Positions 11,201 to 23,122 of a DNA stretch of 64,000 nt are shown one piece after another. Position numbers and translations under genes: made by a program. The stretch is from Gekko japonicus (Eukaryota): assembly GCF_001447785.1 (NCBI RefSeq), contig NW_015175975.1, positions 1,599,749 to 1,663,748 on the forward strand, read 5' to 3'. Position 1 is the stretch's first letter; every line of letters starts with the position of its first letter. The notes below the pieces were generated by a model. It was given only the letters and a program-made list of their open reading frames with translations, searched no databases and was not told the origin of the DNA.

Positions 11201-14200
11201 GAAACCATAGCTTTTGAAGTCTCTGTAATTGAATTATAGCTTGGAAGAAGTATAAACAACAGGTATCATGTACATCATGTCAGGCATTGTGATCAGGTTT
11301 GGACTGATCTGTGATTGACTCATTGTCCCGGAATTATTATTCCACTTTGAATTAAAAGCAATGTGTGTTTTTAATTTATGCACTGTATTCATACCTGCAT
11401 GGCTACATTCATCAGGTAAAAGAAAAGGAATGGGTGGGGGAGTGAGATCTCCCCTTTCCTATGAGTTTTTATGTATTTCCACATGTATCTTACTAAAGAG
11501 AAACTTTAGGAAGGAGATAGCTCCTTTGCTCATAAACTGATATCTATGCAAATCTACTGGATGTGTTTATGATCACACACTATTTATACATAGTTCATAA
11601 AAATCTCTCTACATTTTATTATAGCTTTCCTACGGCTCTGTTCTCTCAGGATGGGATGATGAACAGTTCTCTTCATTGTACAAGATGGTCCCCAACGATG
11701 GCCATCAATACAAAGGGATTGTCCAGTTGCTTGTGCATTTTAAATGGATATGGGTTGGACTCATTGTTGCAGATGATGACAATGGGGAAATGTTTTTGCA
11801 GACTTTGATTCCTTTGTTTTCTCAGAGTGGTATCTGTTTTGCTTTCATAAATAGAATCCAAAAAATGACTTATGTTTTTGGAATGATAGAGTTGTTTTTA
11901 AATAAGTGGAAAACATTCCCACTTTTGATGGAAGGCAAAGTCAATGTCTTTGTTGTCAATGGAGCACCTCCATCAATGGAAGAGTTAAGCTGGCATCTTC
12001 GTTTTGTAGACACAAATTCACCAAAAGGCAAAGTGTGGTTAGTGACTGCACATTGGGATTTTGAATCAAAAAGCTATCAAAGAGATTGGGATATACAGCA
12101 TTTCCATGGTGCCATATCCCTTACGATTCATTCAAATCAGCCAACAGAATTCAGGACATTTCTTCAGAGGGTTAATCCTTTCTGGGCAAAAACAGATAGC
12201 TTCATCACAGAATTCTGGGAACAGGCATTTGACTGTTTATTGAAAGAATCCAATGGAAGGAAGAGTGATGAGCCCAAGCCAACCTGCACAGGGGAGGAAA
12301 AGCTGGAAAGCCTCCCAGGGCCTCTCTTTGAAATGAGCATGACTGGCCACAGTTATAATATCTACAATGCTGTCTATGCCATTTCACATGCTCTGCATGT
12401 TATATTTGAATCCCGTTCAAAACTCAGGCTGGAGCCTTGGAATTTAAAAGCATGGCAGGTAATTTCCCCCCAATTCTGTTTTCTTATTTCAGACAGCATA
12501 CTATTGCCTTTCCAATCTTTGCAGAGTTTTACAGATGTCTTCTTTCCAGAAGGATGGTTTCAAATATCTCTGTCCTGCTGTTTCAGTCTGAAAATTCCTC
12601 TTCCTTCTGCAGATGAAATAACAGACTACTTATTTTTGACCTTTTTTCTCCTCACATCAGCTTTTCTCCATAAAATATATGATTCTTTGAACATGATTAG
12701 CATTGCAAAAAATAAGTATATTATGTGTATGGTACATCAGAGGTTTTGGATCCTGGGGAGTCCCAGGTTTACCTTCTGGGAACTCAGGTAGCAACAGTGG
12801 GGAAGATACTTCTCTATGCACCATCCCAGGGATGAACTGTCATTGAATGTAAATAACACTGAGAATAGAAACCATACAACATCTGTATAAATTCAGAATA
12901 GAAAGAATACAGCATCGGTGACACCAAAAGGCAGAAAATCATAACAGTTGAGGAAACTAAGGAAATGTAAAATGTGGTAACTATTATCTACAAAGCCTCA
13001 GTGCTCTTGGTAGAAATATATGTAGCTGTCCTGTTGTTCACTATGAAACAATAGCTCACTTTATGGAACATTAGTAATGATCCACTGAGATTTTCACTAA
13101 ATATCACCCAGTTCCTTTCCTTGGTACAACCCTATCACAAATAGTTTGTATCTGTGCCAGCCCCATTATCCCCATTATAGCCTGTCTTGAGGTTAAACGG
13201 TATCCCTCCTTCCCCTTTTCATCAGTGGAGAAGCTGGTTGCATCCAACCCCATGATCACTGGTTCAATTTCACTTTCTTCTCTCATGCGTCAAGCCCAGT
13301 CAGCAAGGAAGCTGGGAATGGGTTATTTATTTATATTATTTACAACATTTATATTCCAGCTTTCTGCCTTCATCAGAACTTTCAAGGCAGCTAGCACATT
13401 AAAAACCTACATAATAAAATCACATTTTAAAAACCATTAAAACTAACAAAACACACATCAATAAAACAATTAAAAATCAAAGTTAAAATGCACATAACAT
13501 AAACACAACAATTATAACATAGGGCAGGAAGGAGATATCAGTGAGAGAATGCCAAATAAAACATAAAAGACTTCACCCATTGGTGGAAGATGGCAACAGA
13601 AGGGCACAGAAAAATCCCCCCTGTGGAGAGAGTTCCAGAGTTTTGGTGCCACCACCAAGTAGACCCTCTCCAGAATTGTAACCTGCCTAATCTCAAAAGA
13701 TGGGGACACCCAAAGCAGGGCCTTGGAAGATGACAGCTCTGGTTGATTAGGTTAATAAAGGATTAAGTGGACTTTCTGCTACTGCCCACAATGGCCAGCC
13801 ATCAAATTGTTTTCTCAATTCCTCTTTCATCTCTGGGCTGGCGACATTCCAGTGGGTTGGGACAAACTGCATCTGGCAAGGGAGGTTCTTGACTCAGACA
13901 CCTCTTCTCAGACGTGGCACCAAAAGTGTTGGGATTCCCTCCCTCGGTGAGATTTATCTGTCTCCCTTTAGCTTTGTCATTCACAAGTGGGTGAAGACTT
14001 AATCTGTTTTGTTTGGCATTTCCTTACTACCTCTCATTGACCCTCCTCCCTGTTTGTCTCTCTGTTTTTATGTGTAATGGTTTTAAACATATGTGCATAT
14101 TCTTATGTATATATGTTGTTTTAATTTTTTTGATTGCCACTTTGGGGGCCCAAACAAGGGTGGAAAGGTGGCCAAAAATGCTTTGGATGGATGGATGGAT

Positions 14201-17200
14201 AGTTGTTGGTCTTAAGAAAGAACATGCTTGTGGCTAGATCTGGACAGATCTATAAGCAATGGAAACATACCTGGAAGAGATTTTTAGGAACATGTTCATG
14301 AGGATTCTGACTCTTTGGTCTCACTGTTTCTTTTGAACCTAGCTGAACCATTTTCTAAGAAGAATCTCATTCAACAACAGTATAGGAGATGCTGTGCACT
14401 TTGATGAAAATAGAGAATTGATTGTAGAATTTGATGTTACAAACTGGATCACTTTCCCAAATAAGTCTTTTGTTCGAGTAAAGGTTGGAAGTCTGGATCC
14501 TCATGCTCCCACAGGCAAGGAGCTGAAAATTCAGGATGAGAACCTAATGTGGCATAAATGGTTTACCCAGGTAAGAGAGAACAGCAAGTCTTTTGGCCCA
14601 GATGGCGTGACCGTTAAAAAAAATCTTTGGCACTTATTTTTTTTAACAGGAATCTAGTTACAGTGACAATTAAAATAGGACATTAAGGTACTAATTCTCA
14701 AAATTCTTATCTTGGCCACAGTTCACAACATGTGGATTTTGCCCTTTTTTGTGTGCCTGTAATTTTACCACCATCTTTATGGTTTTCCAGCTTATTGTGA
14801 AGTCTTCTTATATGAAGATGATATCAGCTGCTGAATAATTCCATGATTAAATCCTTGGGGGAAATGAATGTGTTTAGACTGATCCAGTCTTAGGAAAGTA
14901 CATATGTTATCAGTCGTTATTTATTTATTTGAATTTCTAGGATGCCCTTCCCTGCACAGCAGGGCTCAGGGTGGGTTACAACAATAAGTATACACCATTT
15001 TAAACAATCAAAACATAGCTACAGAACATAATTATCCAGCAAATTTAAGAATGGAAACATAAATGCATATTAACCTGTAATAGACCTGAGTGTTTAGAAT
15101 AATCCCAGATCCTGAGCAAGTGGGCAAGAGTCACAGACAGAGGCACAGAATGAATAGTGCCAGGTGGAGAAGGGAAAGCCAATGGGGCACTGGAGGGGAC
15201 TGTATTGGAGTGGAATAGTGTTAATTAATACTGAAATGTCACTTCTTGCTTCATAATAGGATGTGACATCAGGAAACGGTAGGAATTTTAATCACAGAGA
15301 TTTGAAACTTCCTAGAATTTCATAATACCATTTTCAATTTTGAAACAGGAAGTGACGCCCTGGCACTCCCTGCCTTCCTCCCCCTGCAGTCCTCCCAGAG
15401 AGAGCTAGCAAACCTGCTTTAAGCCTCACCCCTGAGCCACAGGAATATAACAGGAGTCTCGATCATTTGTATTAAGGCCAGTGCTACTTCAAGTTTCTGT
15501 GAATGGTCTGGTGAAACTGCAAGTCAGCAAAGTTTACAGATGACAGCCATTTGCAAAGGTTGACTAATATAAATTCTGGTAACTCTTTAAAGAGCCATTT
15601 TTGGCAGGAAAACAAACCTGTTCAGTTCTTTTCAGGAAGGGGTTTGTTATGGCCAAAGCCCTAGCAGTCTGGCAACTAGTCAGCTGAACATCATGATGTC
15701 ATGAAGAAGAAAAGATTGGATTTATACCCCCAACCTTCACTACCCAAGGGAGTCTCAGAGCAGCTTTCCTTTCCCTTCCCCTCCCTACAACAGACACCAT
15801 GTGAGGTAGGTGGGGCTGAGAGAGCTCTTGACAGAAACTGCTCTTTCTTCAAGAACAGCTCTTGTCAGAACTATGGCTTGCCCAAGGTCATCCAGCCAGG
15901 TACAAGTGGAGGAGTGGGGAATCAAACCTAGTTCTCCCAGATTAGAGTCTGTGCACTCAACCACTACGCCATTGCCCAAAGCTTCATGGGAACAACAACA
16001 ACAACAATAATAATAATAATAGACTTTATTGTCATTGTACATAGTACAATGAAATTAAAGGTGCAATCATTTCAGTGATCTACAGCAATACTCATATACA
16101 CTCACACAACCATTCACAACCATCCCATAAGTCCCTTAAGGTTCACATTGCAACTTAAACCACCAATGTCACCCAAATTCCAATTTCATACAGCATTTAA
16201 AGCAATAATAGCTCTCGAATAAAAACTATTTTTAATCTGTTTGTCCTTGTTTTAATTGCCCTATATTTTCTACCCGAAGGCAGCAGTTCAAACAGGGAGT
16301 GTTCAGGGTGTGACAAATCCTGCAGAATGTTCTTTGCTTTTTTCAAGCATCGAGAACTATACGATTCCTCCAGGAACGGGAGAGGGCAGCCAATAATCTT
16401 CTGGGCTGTGATGATAATTCTCTGGAGTGCTTTCCTCTCCACAGCCGTACGGCTGGCAAACCAGGCACAGATGCAGTTAAAATGCTCTCTATTGAGCAAT
16501 GATAGAAGGACATAAGTATTTTCTCACTCAAGTTATTTTTCTTTAAAAGTCTGAGAAAAAAGAGCCTCTGCTTGACCTTCTTCACCAGAGCAGTGGTGTT
16601 AGCGCTCCAGGTCAAGTTTTGCTCAATAATCACTCCCAAAAACTTAAAAGTGGCCACCCTCTCCACACGTTCTCCACCAATAAACAGTGGCTGGATGTCC
16701 GTTTTGTTCTTCCTATAGTCCACTACCAATTCCTTGGTCTTGGTGGTATTAACGATCAAATTATTTTCCCTGCACCAAACACAAAGCCATTCCACCTCGT
16801 CCCGAGCACATATATTTTAGATGCCAGCTGTGCACCACATTGGCAGCAATTGTGAAACTCAAAGAACTACTAAAATATCTTTTCCTAAAGAAGGTTCCCA
16901 AGTCAGTAATGCCATTATATCATCTCAACATCCACCTTGCCCATTTTGCTCAACAGCCAAACATTCTCAATTTTCCAGACATTTTTCTGAGTGGCATTTC
17001 CTATATTTATGGGCAGGTTCCACCTCTTTCTGTTTGCAATGACAACTGCCATCCAGGTTACAGCAAGAGAAAGAAGGAGGGAGAGCCATTTTGCTGTTAT
17101 GATTGTATTTCTTGTTCACATGGGAAGATTTCTGATAAGAAAGGTATGAAAATACAGATATATAGAGAGATATTAAATGTACCATACACTAAGGTATCTC

Positions 17201-20042
17201 CAGGAAATCTCAGCAGATGACAAGCAACATTTTTCTGATATGGACAATCTCAGGGGACAGTAGATGGACACTCTTAGTGGATTGTCTTAAGACAGGCCTA
17301 ACCATCTCCTTTCAACAAAGCATTTCCTAGATATCTCAAAGAGGTGTTTATACACAAATCTCAAATAAGTGTTTATACACAAATACTAGAATTGTCTGAG
17401 GTAAAATTGGATAATTAGAATGCTTGGTGTTGGGGGGGAAATAGACATTGTGGGTATTTCCGAAACTTGGTGGGATGAGGAAAATCAGTAGGATATGGTG
17501 GTGGGATGAGGAAAATTAGTGGGATACAGTGATTCCTGGTTATAAAATATATCAGAAGAATAGGGGGGAGGTGGGGCCCAAAAGGAAATATAACACTGGG
17601 AGTTTATCGCCCACCAGATCAAAAGATAAAGGAGGATTATAAAATGATGAATGAATTAAACATAGTGGCTGGATGAAATAACTGTGTCGTAATTGTTGTT
17701 GTTGTTGTTCAGTCGCACAGTTGAGTCCGACTCTTCGTGACCCCATGGACAATCTCCCGCCAGGCTCTCCTGTCTTCCGCCGTCCTCCGAAGTTGGCTCA
17801 ATTTCATGTTTGTAGCATCGATGACACTGTCTAACCATCTCATCCTTTGCCGTCCCCGTCTTCTTTGACCTTCAATCTTTCCATACATGACTACTGGGAA
17901 TACCATTGCTTTGACCATGCGGACTTTTGTTGGCAGGGTGATGTCTCTACTTTTTATCATGCTGTTTAGGTTCGCCATCGCTTTCCTCCCAAGGAGCAGG
18001 CGTCTTTTAATTTCATGGCTGCAGTCACAGTCTGCGGTGTTCTGGGATCCCAGGAACGTGAAGTCTGTAACCACATCACCCTGCCAACAAAAGTCCGCAT
18101 GGTCAAAGCAATGGTATTCCCAGTAGTCATGTATGGCTGCGAGAGTTGGACTATAAGGAAGGCCGAGCGCCGAAGAATAGATTCTTTTGAACTATGGTGC
18201 TGGAGAAGACTCTTGAGAGTCCCTTGGACTGCAAGAAGATCAAATCAGTCAATCCAAAAAGAAATCAACCCTGACTGTTCCCTGGAAGGCCAGATAATAA
18301 AACTGAAGCTCATATACTTTGGCCACCAAATGAGAAGGGAGCACTCACTGGAGAAGACCCTGATGCTGGGAAAGATTGAAGGTCAAAGAAGACGGGGATG
18401 GCAAAGGATGAGATGGTTGGACAGTGTCATCGACGCAACGAACATGAAATTGAGCCAACTTCAGAGGACAGCGGAAGACAGGAGGGCCTGGCAGGAACTG
18501 GTCCATGGGGTCGCGAAGAGTCGGACTCGACTGTGCGACTAAACAACAAATGATATGGATTATGTAATTTGAAATGACTTCCAAGTTAGATCTTGAGGAA
18601 AGGCTGTTGGGATATGGCAAGATCTATATTTCATTCATTATAGGGTTAACATATTTGTTATCATTCTTCCTGACCTGGAAGTACAACCTGGCTCAGAACA
18701 ATCCTGTATGTTAACTGGTGTGTTTGAGCAACTGATTGGATGGTTTCAATTTACCAGTGTTTGGGTTGGCTTATGAGTTTGAGCTTCTTACTGTTAAGGT
18801 TCTAGAAGAGAGGTTATTTGCTTGCAGCCTCATCCTAGACTTCTACGTTTTTCCTCTTAGAGACTTGTGATATCTATTAGCTTACTTTGCCATACAAATA
18901 TGTGGTTCAGGACTTTGTTATTTTATTAGAGCTTTTCTGTTTTCCCCATTCCTAATAGGTTTAGGTAAAGAACTTCATTTTCATTTACAACTCTAGTCTC
19001 TGTGCCTTATTTACCCAACAAAAAACAGCCTCTCTCTAGTAATCCCCCCATCTTACACTTGAGGTTGTCCCCCATAGATCACTTGCATTAATTTCCTGAT
19101 TTGATTCTGAGATTTGCTTGTTGTTGTTTTTTTCCAGACATGGATGACTGTATCAAATGCCCTGAAGACCAATACCCAAATAAGGCCCAAAATGAATGTT
19201 CCTCCAAGAGTCTTAGTTTCCTGACTTATGAAGAACCATTGGGGATCATTGTAGTGTCATTTATTCTTTCTTTTTCTTTGACTACAGTGTTTATATTGAT
19301 CACCTTTATAAAAAATCATGATACTTCCATAGTCAAAGCCAACAACCGGAGCCTCACCTACATCCTCCTCATCTCCCTCCTGCTTTGCTTCCTCTGCTCC
19401 TTCCTGTTCATTGGGCAGCCGGGGAGGGTGACTTGCCTTCTCCGACAAACTTCCTTCAGCATGGTCTTCTCTGTGGCCATTTCCAGTGTATTGGCCAAAA
19501 CAATCACTGTAGTTCTGGCCTTCATGGCAACCAAACCAGGATCCAGAGTGAGAAGGTGGGTGGGGAAAAGACTGGCAAACTCTATTGTCCTTTCCTGCTC
19601 AATTCTTCAAGCAGCTCTTTGTACAGTTTGGCTAATTTCCTCTCCTCCATTCCCACACACGGACGTGAAGTCACTTGATGATAAAATGATTCTAGAATGT
19701 AATGAGGGCTCATCTATGATGTTTTTCTGTGTTTTGGGCTATATGGGTTTTCTGGCTATTTTCACCTTCACTGTGGCTTTCTTTGCCAGGAAGTTGCCAG
19801 ATAGTTTCAATGAAGCCAAATTTATCTCCTTCAGCATGCTGGTCTTTTGTAGTGTTTGGGTACCATTTGTTCCCACCTATTATAGCATTAAAGGGAAGTC
19901 TGTTGTAGCAGTGGAGGTCTTCTGCATCTTGGCCTCCAGTGCTGGTTTACTGGGTTGCATATTTTCCCCTAAATGCTACATCATTGTTATGAGGCCTGAG
20001 CTGAACAGCAGGCATCATTTAATACCAAGGAAGTACCAATGA
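7952..20042 (+). CDS. V2R: V2R gene B, intact six-exon vomeronasal type-2 receptor (906 aa): join(7952..8286,10684..10975,11625..12458,14343..14570,17017..17143,19138..20042)
   Basis: All introns GT-AG, phases 2,0,0,0,1; total 2721 nt with no stops; VFT, cysteine-rich and 7TM domains. The start codon is uncertain. Confidence 0.9.
8705..8920 (+). mobile_element. 5S rRNA-derived SINE (SINE3-type)
   Basis: 5S internal-promoter-like segment GGAAGCTAAGCAGGGTCAG...AGTACTTGGA..GGAGACC followed by a non-5S tail; also present in gene D. Confidence 0.75.
9255..9936 (-). mobile_element. L1 3' fragment
   Basis: 14-bp TSD AATCCTRTGCATTT (9241-9254, 9937-9950); ORF2 C-terminal remnant [19 protein letters not shown]; empty site in gene D. 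Confidence 0.75.
10684..10975 (+). CDS. V2R gene B exon 2
   Basis: 292 bp; [35 protein letters not shown]|gt. Confidence 0.95.
11625..12458 (+). CDS. V2R gene B exon 3
   Basis: 834 bp; tag|LSYG...HFKWIWVGL...[15 protein letters not shown]...AWQ|gt. Confidence 0.95.
13323..13790 (-). mobile_element. L2 LINE 3' fragment
   Basis: Antisense (TAAA)n tail; remnant [15 protein letters not shown]. Confidence 0.65.
14343..14570 (+). CDS. V2R gene B exon 4
   Basis: 228 bp; [13 protein letters not shown]...[10 protein letters not shown]...FTQ|gt. Confidence 0.95.
15705..15972 (-). mobile_element. tRNA-derived squamate SINE (Squam3/MIR-like)
   Basis: Antisense tRNA-like head and CORE-like body (tgaggtagg...cccaaggtca); absent from gene D intron 4. 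Confidence 0.65.
15997..16805 (-). mobile_element. Rex1/Babar LINE 3' portion
   Basis: [23 protein letters not shown]...FKFLGV..LTWSANT...QRLFFLR...[14 protein letters not shown]; (TTA)n(TTG)n tail; empty site in gene D. Confidence 0.85.
17017..17143 (+). CDS. V2R gene B exon 5
   Basis: 127 bp; [15 protein letters not shown]...FCCYDC; phase-1 donor. Confidence 0.95.
17368..17692 (+). mobile_element. CR1 endonuclease-domain fragment
   Basis: CLYTN...LECLV...[10 protein letters not shown] remnants. Confidence 0.65.
17693..18073 (-). mobile_element. RTE/Bov-B LINE 3' end, internally deleted
   Basis: [14 protein letters not shown]...[12 protein letters not shown]|[17 protein letters not shown]; (CAA)n tail. 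Confidence 0.92.
18074..18550 (+). mobile_element. RTE/Bov-B LINE 3' end
   Basis: Open frame ITLPTKV...YGCESWTI...[22 protein letters not shown]...[11 protein letters not shown]; CAACAA tail. Confidence 0.95.
19138..20042 (+). CDS. V2R gene B exon 6 (7TM)
   Basis: cag|AC acceptor, open 905 bp, class C GPCR 7TM motifs. Confidence 0.95.
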
Positions 20043-20234
20043 ATAGGAATGTGTACTGCTACTAATTAGATCAATTTATTAATATGTGTATGCTATAGGA
20101 GCTTCATTCATATTTTAATTTCATCTTCTGAAACAAGATTGTTGATTTGTATTCATGTATTTGTGCATCAGTCTCTTTATAGATCTTGGAATATGATGTA
20201 ACTGATAGTTAATATTCATAAGATGCTTTTGTCC

Positions 20235-20440
20235 AAGTGCCACGTTAGGCTTCAGCTTGTTAGTGTTCTACACTGTTCAACAGTTCCCTTTTCCTACCTA
20301 CCTCAGCACCCAAGGAAATGCCATGCCACCTGTGGAGATTTTCTCCATTATTGCTTCCAGTGTTGGCTTGCAACTTTTTCTTTAAATTCTACATCATTAT
20401 TTTGAGGCTTCAGTATAAGGAACAGCATGGTAAGGAGGAA
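20235..20440 (+). pseudogene. Decayed V2R TM6-TM7 fragment downstream of gene B
   Basis: Homologous to 4575-4790 (tacctcagcacccaaggaaa...gtggagattttctccat). Confidence 0.7.
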
Positions 20441-21667
20441 AAACGCCCGGAAGATGGCCCTCTATCTTTGACATAGCTTGTCTGGTCACCTGGAGCCACA
20501 CCACAGTAACACTGAAATCAGACTTCTGCAATATACACTGCATAGGCATCCCAGGGAAGTCAACTTAGATACTCCAGCTCATGCAAAACATCTCAACTCA
20601 GTTATTAGCGGGAGCTAGATGGAACATGAAACCAGTGTGAAACATCAGGGACATTCCAGGATTCTCAAAAACTCTATTATTTTGGAAAATCTTAGGGTAC
20701 TCTTTTAAAGGAGTTCAAAGCAATGGTCCCCAGGGGTGTTGTACACAAGTAACTAAACCTTTTCTTTATTTTATTAAAATTGTATGAAGTTTTATTCAAT
20801 TTCTGTCAAAGCAATGATTTCATCTATTGGCAACACAATGCTCTAAAATTATATACAAGGGGAAAAAACCAAGAAAGCTAGCTTAACTAGCTATCATGTT
20901 TTCAAGATTTGTGTTAGATGGCACCACCCTGAAGTTTAAGAGTCAAAGGTCACAGCAGAAGCGTTCTCTATGTTACTGTCTATTGCAATATAAGCATATC
21001 ATAGCCCAGGCCTTCAGTCCATCAGAATCCAAACTAGCCTTCTTTTCCAGGTTCTTATCTCAATTGTAGGGTTTTTTTGGCCAAACGACATCAGGTGATT
21101 ATGATAGCCAATTAACACACAGTCTGTCTGGAACCCTCTAGAAAATTACCTCATCACTCCTGACCTCCTGCCTTTCATCCTGTGGGCTGCTGGTTCTCAT
21201 GAGAAGCTAGTTATCACTTTCCCAGTTCTGGCCTTGAAGATGATAAGGGCTATGTAGGCTAAGAGATCAATTAGAAACACCTGCAGGATGGAACAAGGCC
21301 TTTACCATTCACATTGATCTTTGAGGGGGGGCATGATTGCTTTGCCTCTCACACATCCCTAGAAAAGCTGAGATTCATGGCCCAAACCATGACTTGAGCT
21401 TATGTACCTAGGCAAAGCAACTACACTTCTCTGAAGGGAGGTAGATCAAGGTTTTCAAATCAGCATAAGATAAAATTAGCAGAGCAACATTCATATCAAA
21501 GCAGAAATACAGAAAATCCCCTCTTAAGGCCTTACTTGTCCCCCTTGATGGGACAGACTGTCAGCCACGATGTCCTGGATGGCCTTGACATGAGCAGTTT
21601 CAAAACTAAAATCCTGAGGCTTAAAGCCCATCTCAGGATCCGTACATTGTTTCTCTTCATCAGGACA

Positions 21668-22060
21668 AGGGATTATGGTCTGTTTCCACAACAAATTTGA
21701 CACCATACAGATACTTAGTTTGCTAAGGGCCCAAACCAAAACGAGGCCTTCCTTTTCCAGGGTAAAAAAATGTATGATCATGGGACAGGAGTTTCCTGCT
21801 CAAACAGACTACAGGATCAGATAGAAGCTTCCCATCATCTCTGTTTTGAAGTAACACAACAGGGATTATGGTCTGTTTTCACAACAAATTTGACACCACA
21901 CAGATACACAGAAACCTTAGTTTGCTAAGGGCCCAAACCAGAACCAGGCCTTCATTTTCCAGGGTAAAAAATGTACGATCATGGGACAGGAGCTTCCTGC
22001 TCAAACAGACTACAGGATCATATAGAAGCTTCCATCATCTCTGTTTTGAAGTAACACAAC
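21668..22060. repeat. Tandem duplication (2 x ~195 bp) inside the Gypsy RNase H region
   Basis: AGGGATTATGGTCTG...GAAGTAACACAAC repeated at 21668 and 21861. Confidence 0.9.
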
Positions 22061-23122
22061 ACCCAGGCCCCTCTCTGAAGCATTAGTTCAAACCACAAAA
22101 GGATTTTTAAAAATATAATTGGGAGGAACTAAGATGGGCTCTAGCATGAAGGCCTGTTGGCACTCAGGGGTCCAGATCACCTTATTAGGGGTCCTCTTTT
22201 TACACAAATTTGTCAAATGTGCAGCAAAGGCACTGAACCCCTTTACAAATCTTCTATAAAAAATTACTAGCCTTGGAATGCTTGTACCTCCTTTTTTGTG
22301 TGAAAGGTTTGGGCCCCTCCACAATACTAGCAATCTTGGTCTCATGAGGCCCGATGCTATTTGATTCAACCATTTACCCCAAATACACAATTACACCCAA
22401 ATTGACACTTAGATGCCTTGATTGTGAGTCCAAGTTGATGGATCCTCAGGAAGAACTCTCTCACATGGTCCCCATGTTCTGCCCAAGTGGGGGGGGGGTA
22501 TAGATGGCAATATCATCTTGATAAGCAGCAGCAAAAGGTAGTTCATACAGTACTCAGGTTATCAGTCTTTGGAAGGTCTCTGAAGGTGATTTAAGCCAAA
22601 TGGAATCTTGACAAATAGGTAATGTCCCAAAGGTAACACAAAGGCAGACTTAGCAGAGGCTTCAGGGCTCAGCAAAACTTTCCAGTTCCCTGACACCAAA
22701 TCAATACTCCTGATATAAGCAGCCCCAGCCAAGTCCTCAATCAAGCCTTCAGTTCTAGGAGTAGGATAAGATCCTCAACCATTAACTCATTCAGTTTTCT
22801 GAAGCCCACACAGAAGTGATATTCAGTGTGGGCATCCTCTGACAACTGCTTCTTTGGCACAACAACCACAGGTGCTTTCCAATCAAAGTGAGACTCCTTG
22901 ATTACCCCCACCACACACACACACTTCAACATTTGTTGAATCTCAGTAGCCACAATCTCTTTCATGGGTCCATTCAATAGGGAAAGGACTGGACTTTATT
23001 GGAGCATATGCCCCTGTCTCTATATGATGGACAAGCAATTCACTCTGGCCAGAGAAGAGAGGCTGGAAACAGCTCAGCACTTGTTTATATTCATCCTGTT
23101 GCTGCTGTGATAAAGTGGAGGC

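Noticed and set aside
12459-12791. Exon 3 ORF running 110 codons into intron 3 as an alternative C-terminus
   Set aside because: A canonical donor is present at 12459, and the paralog D frame closes after about 21 codons, so the extension is not conserved.
12726-13139. Possible solo LTR in gene B intron 3
   Set aside because: One end looks like TG..CA, but I could not define the other terminus or a TSD.
20700-21511. 3' LTR of the Gmr1-like element
   Set aside because: A purine tract and TGTA start near 21511 are suggestive, but the far boundary and TSD could not be fixed.
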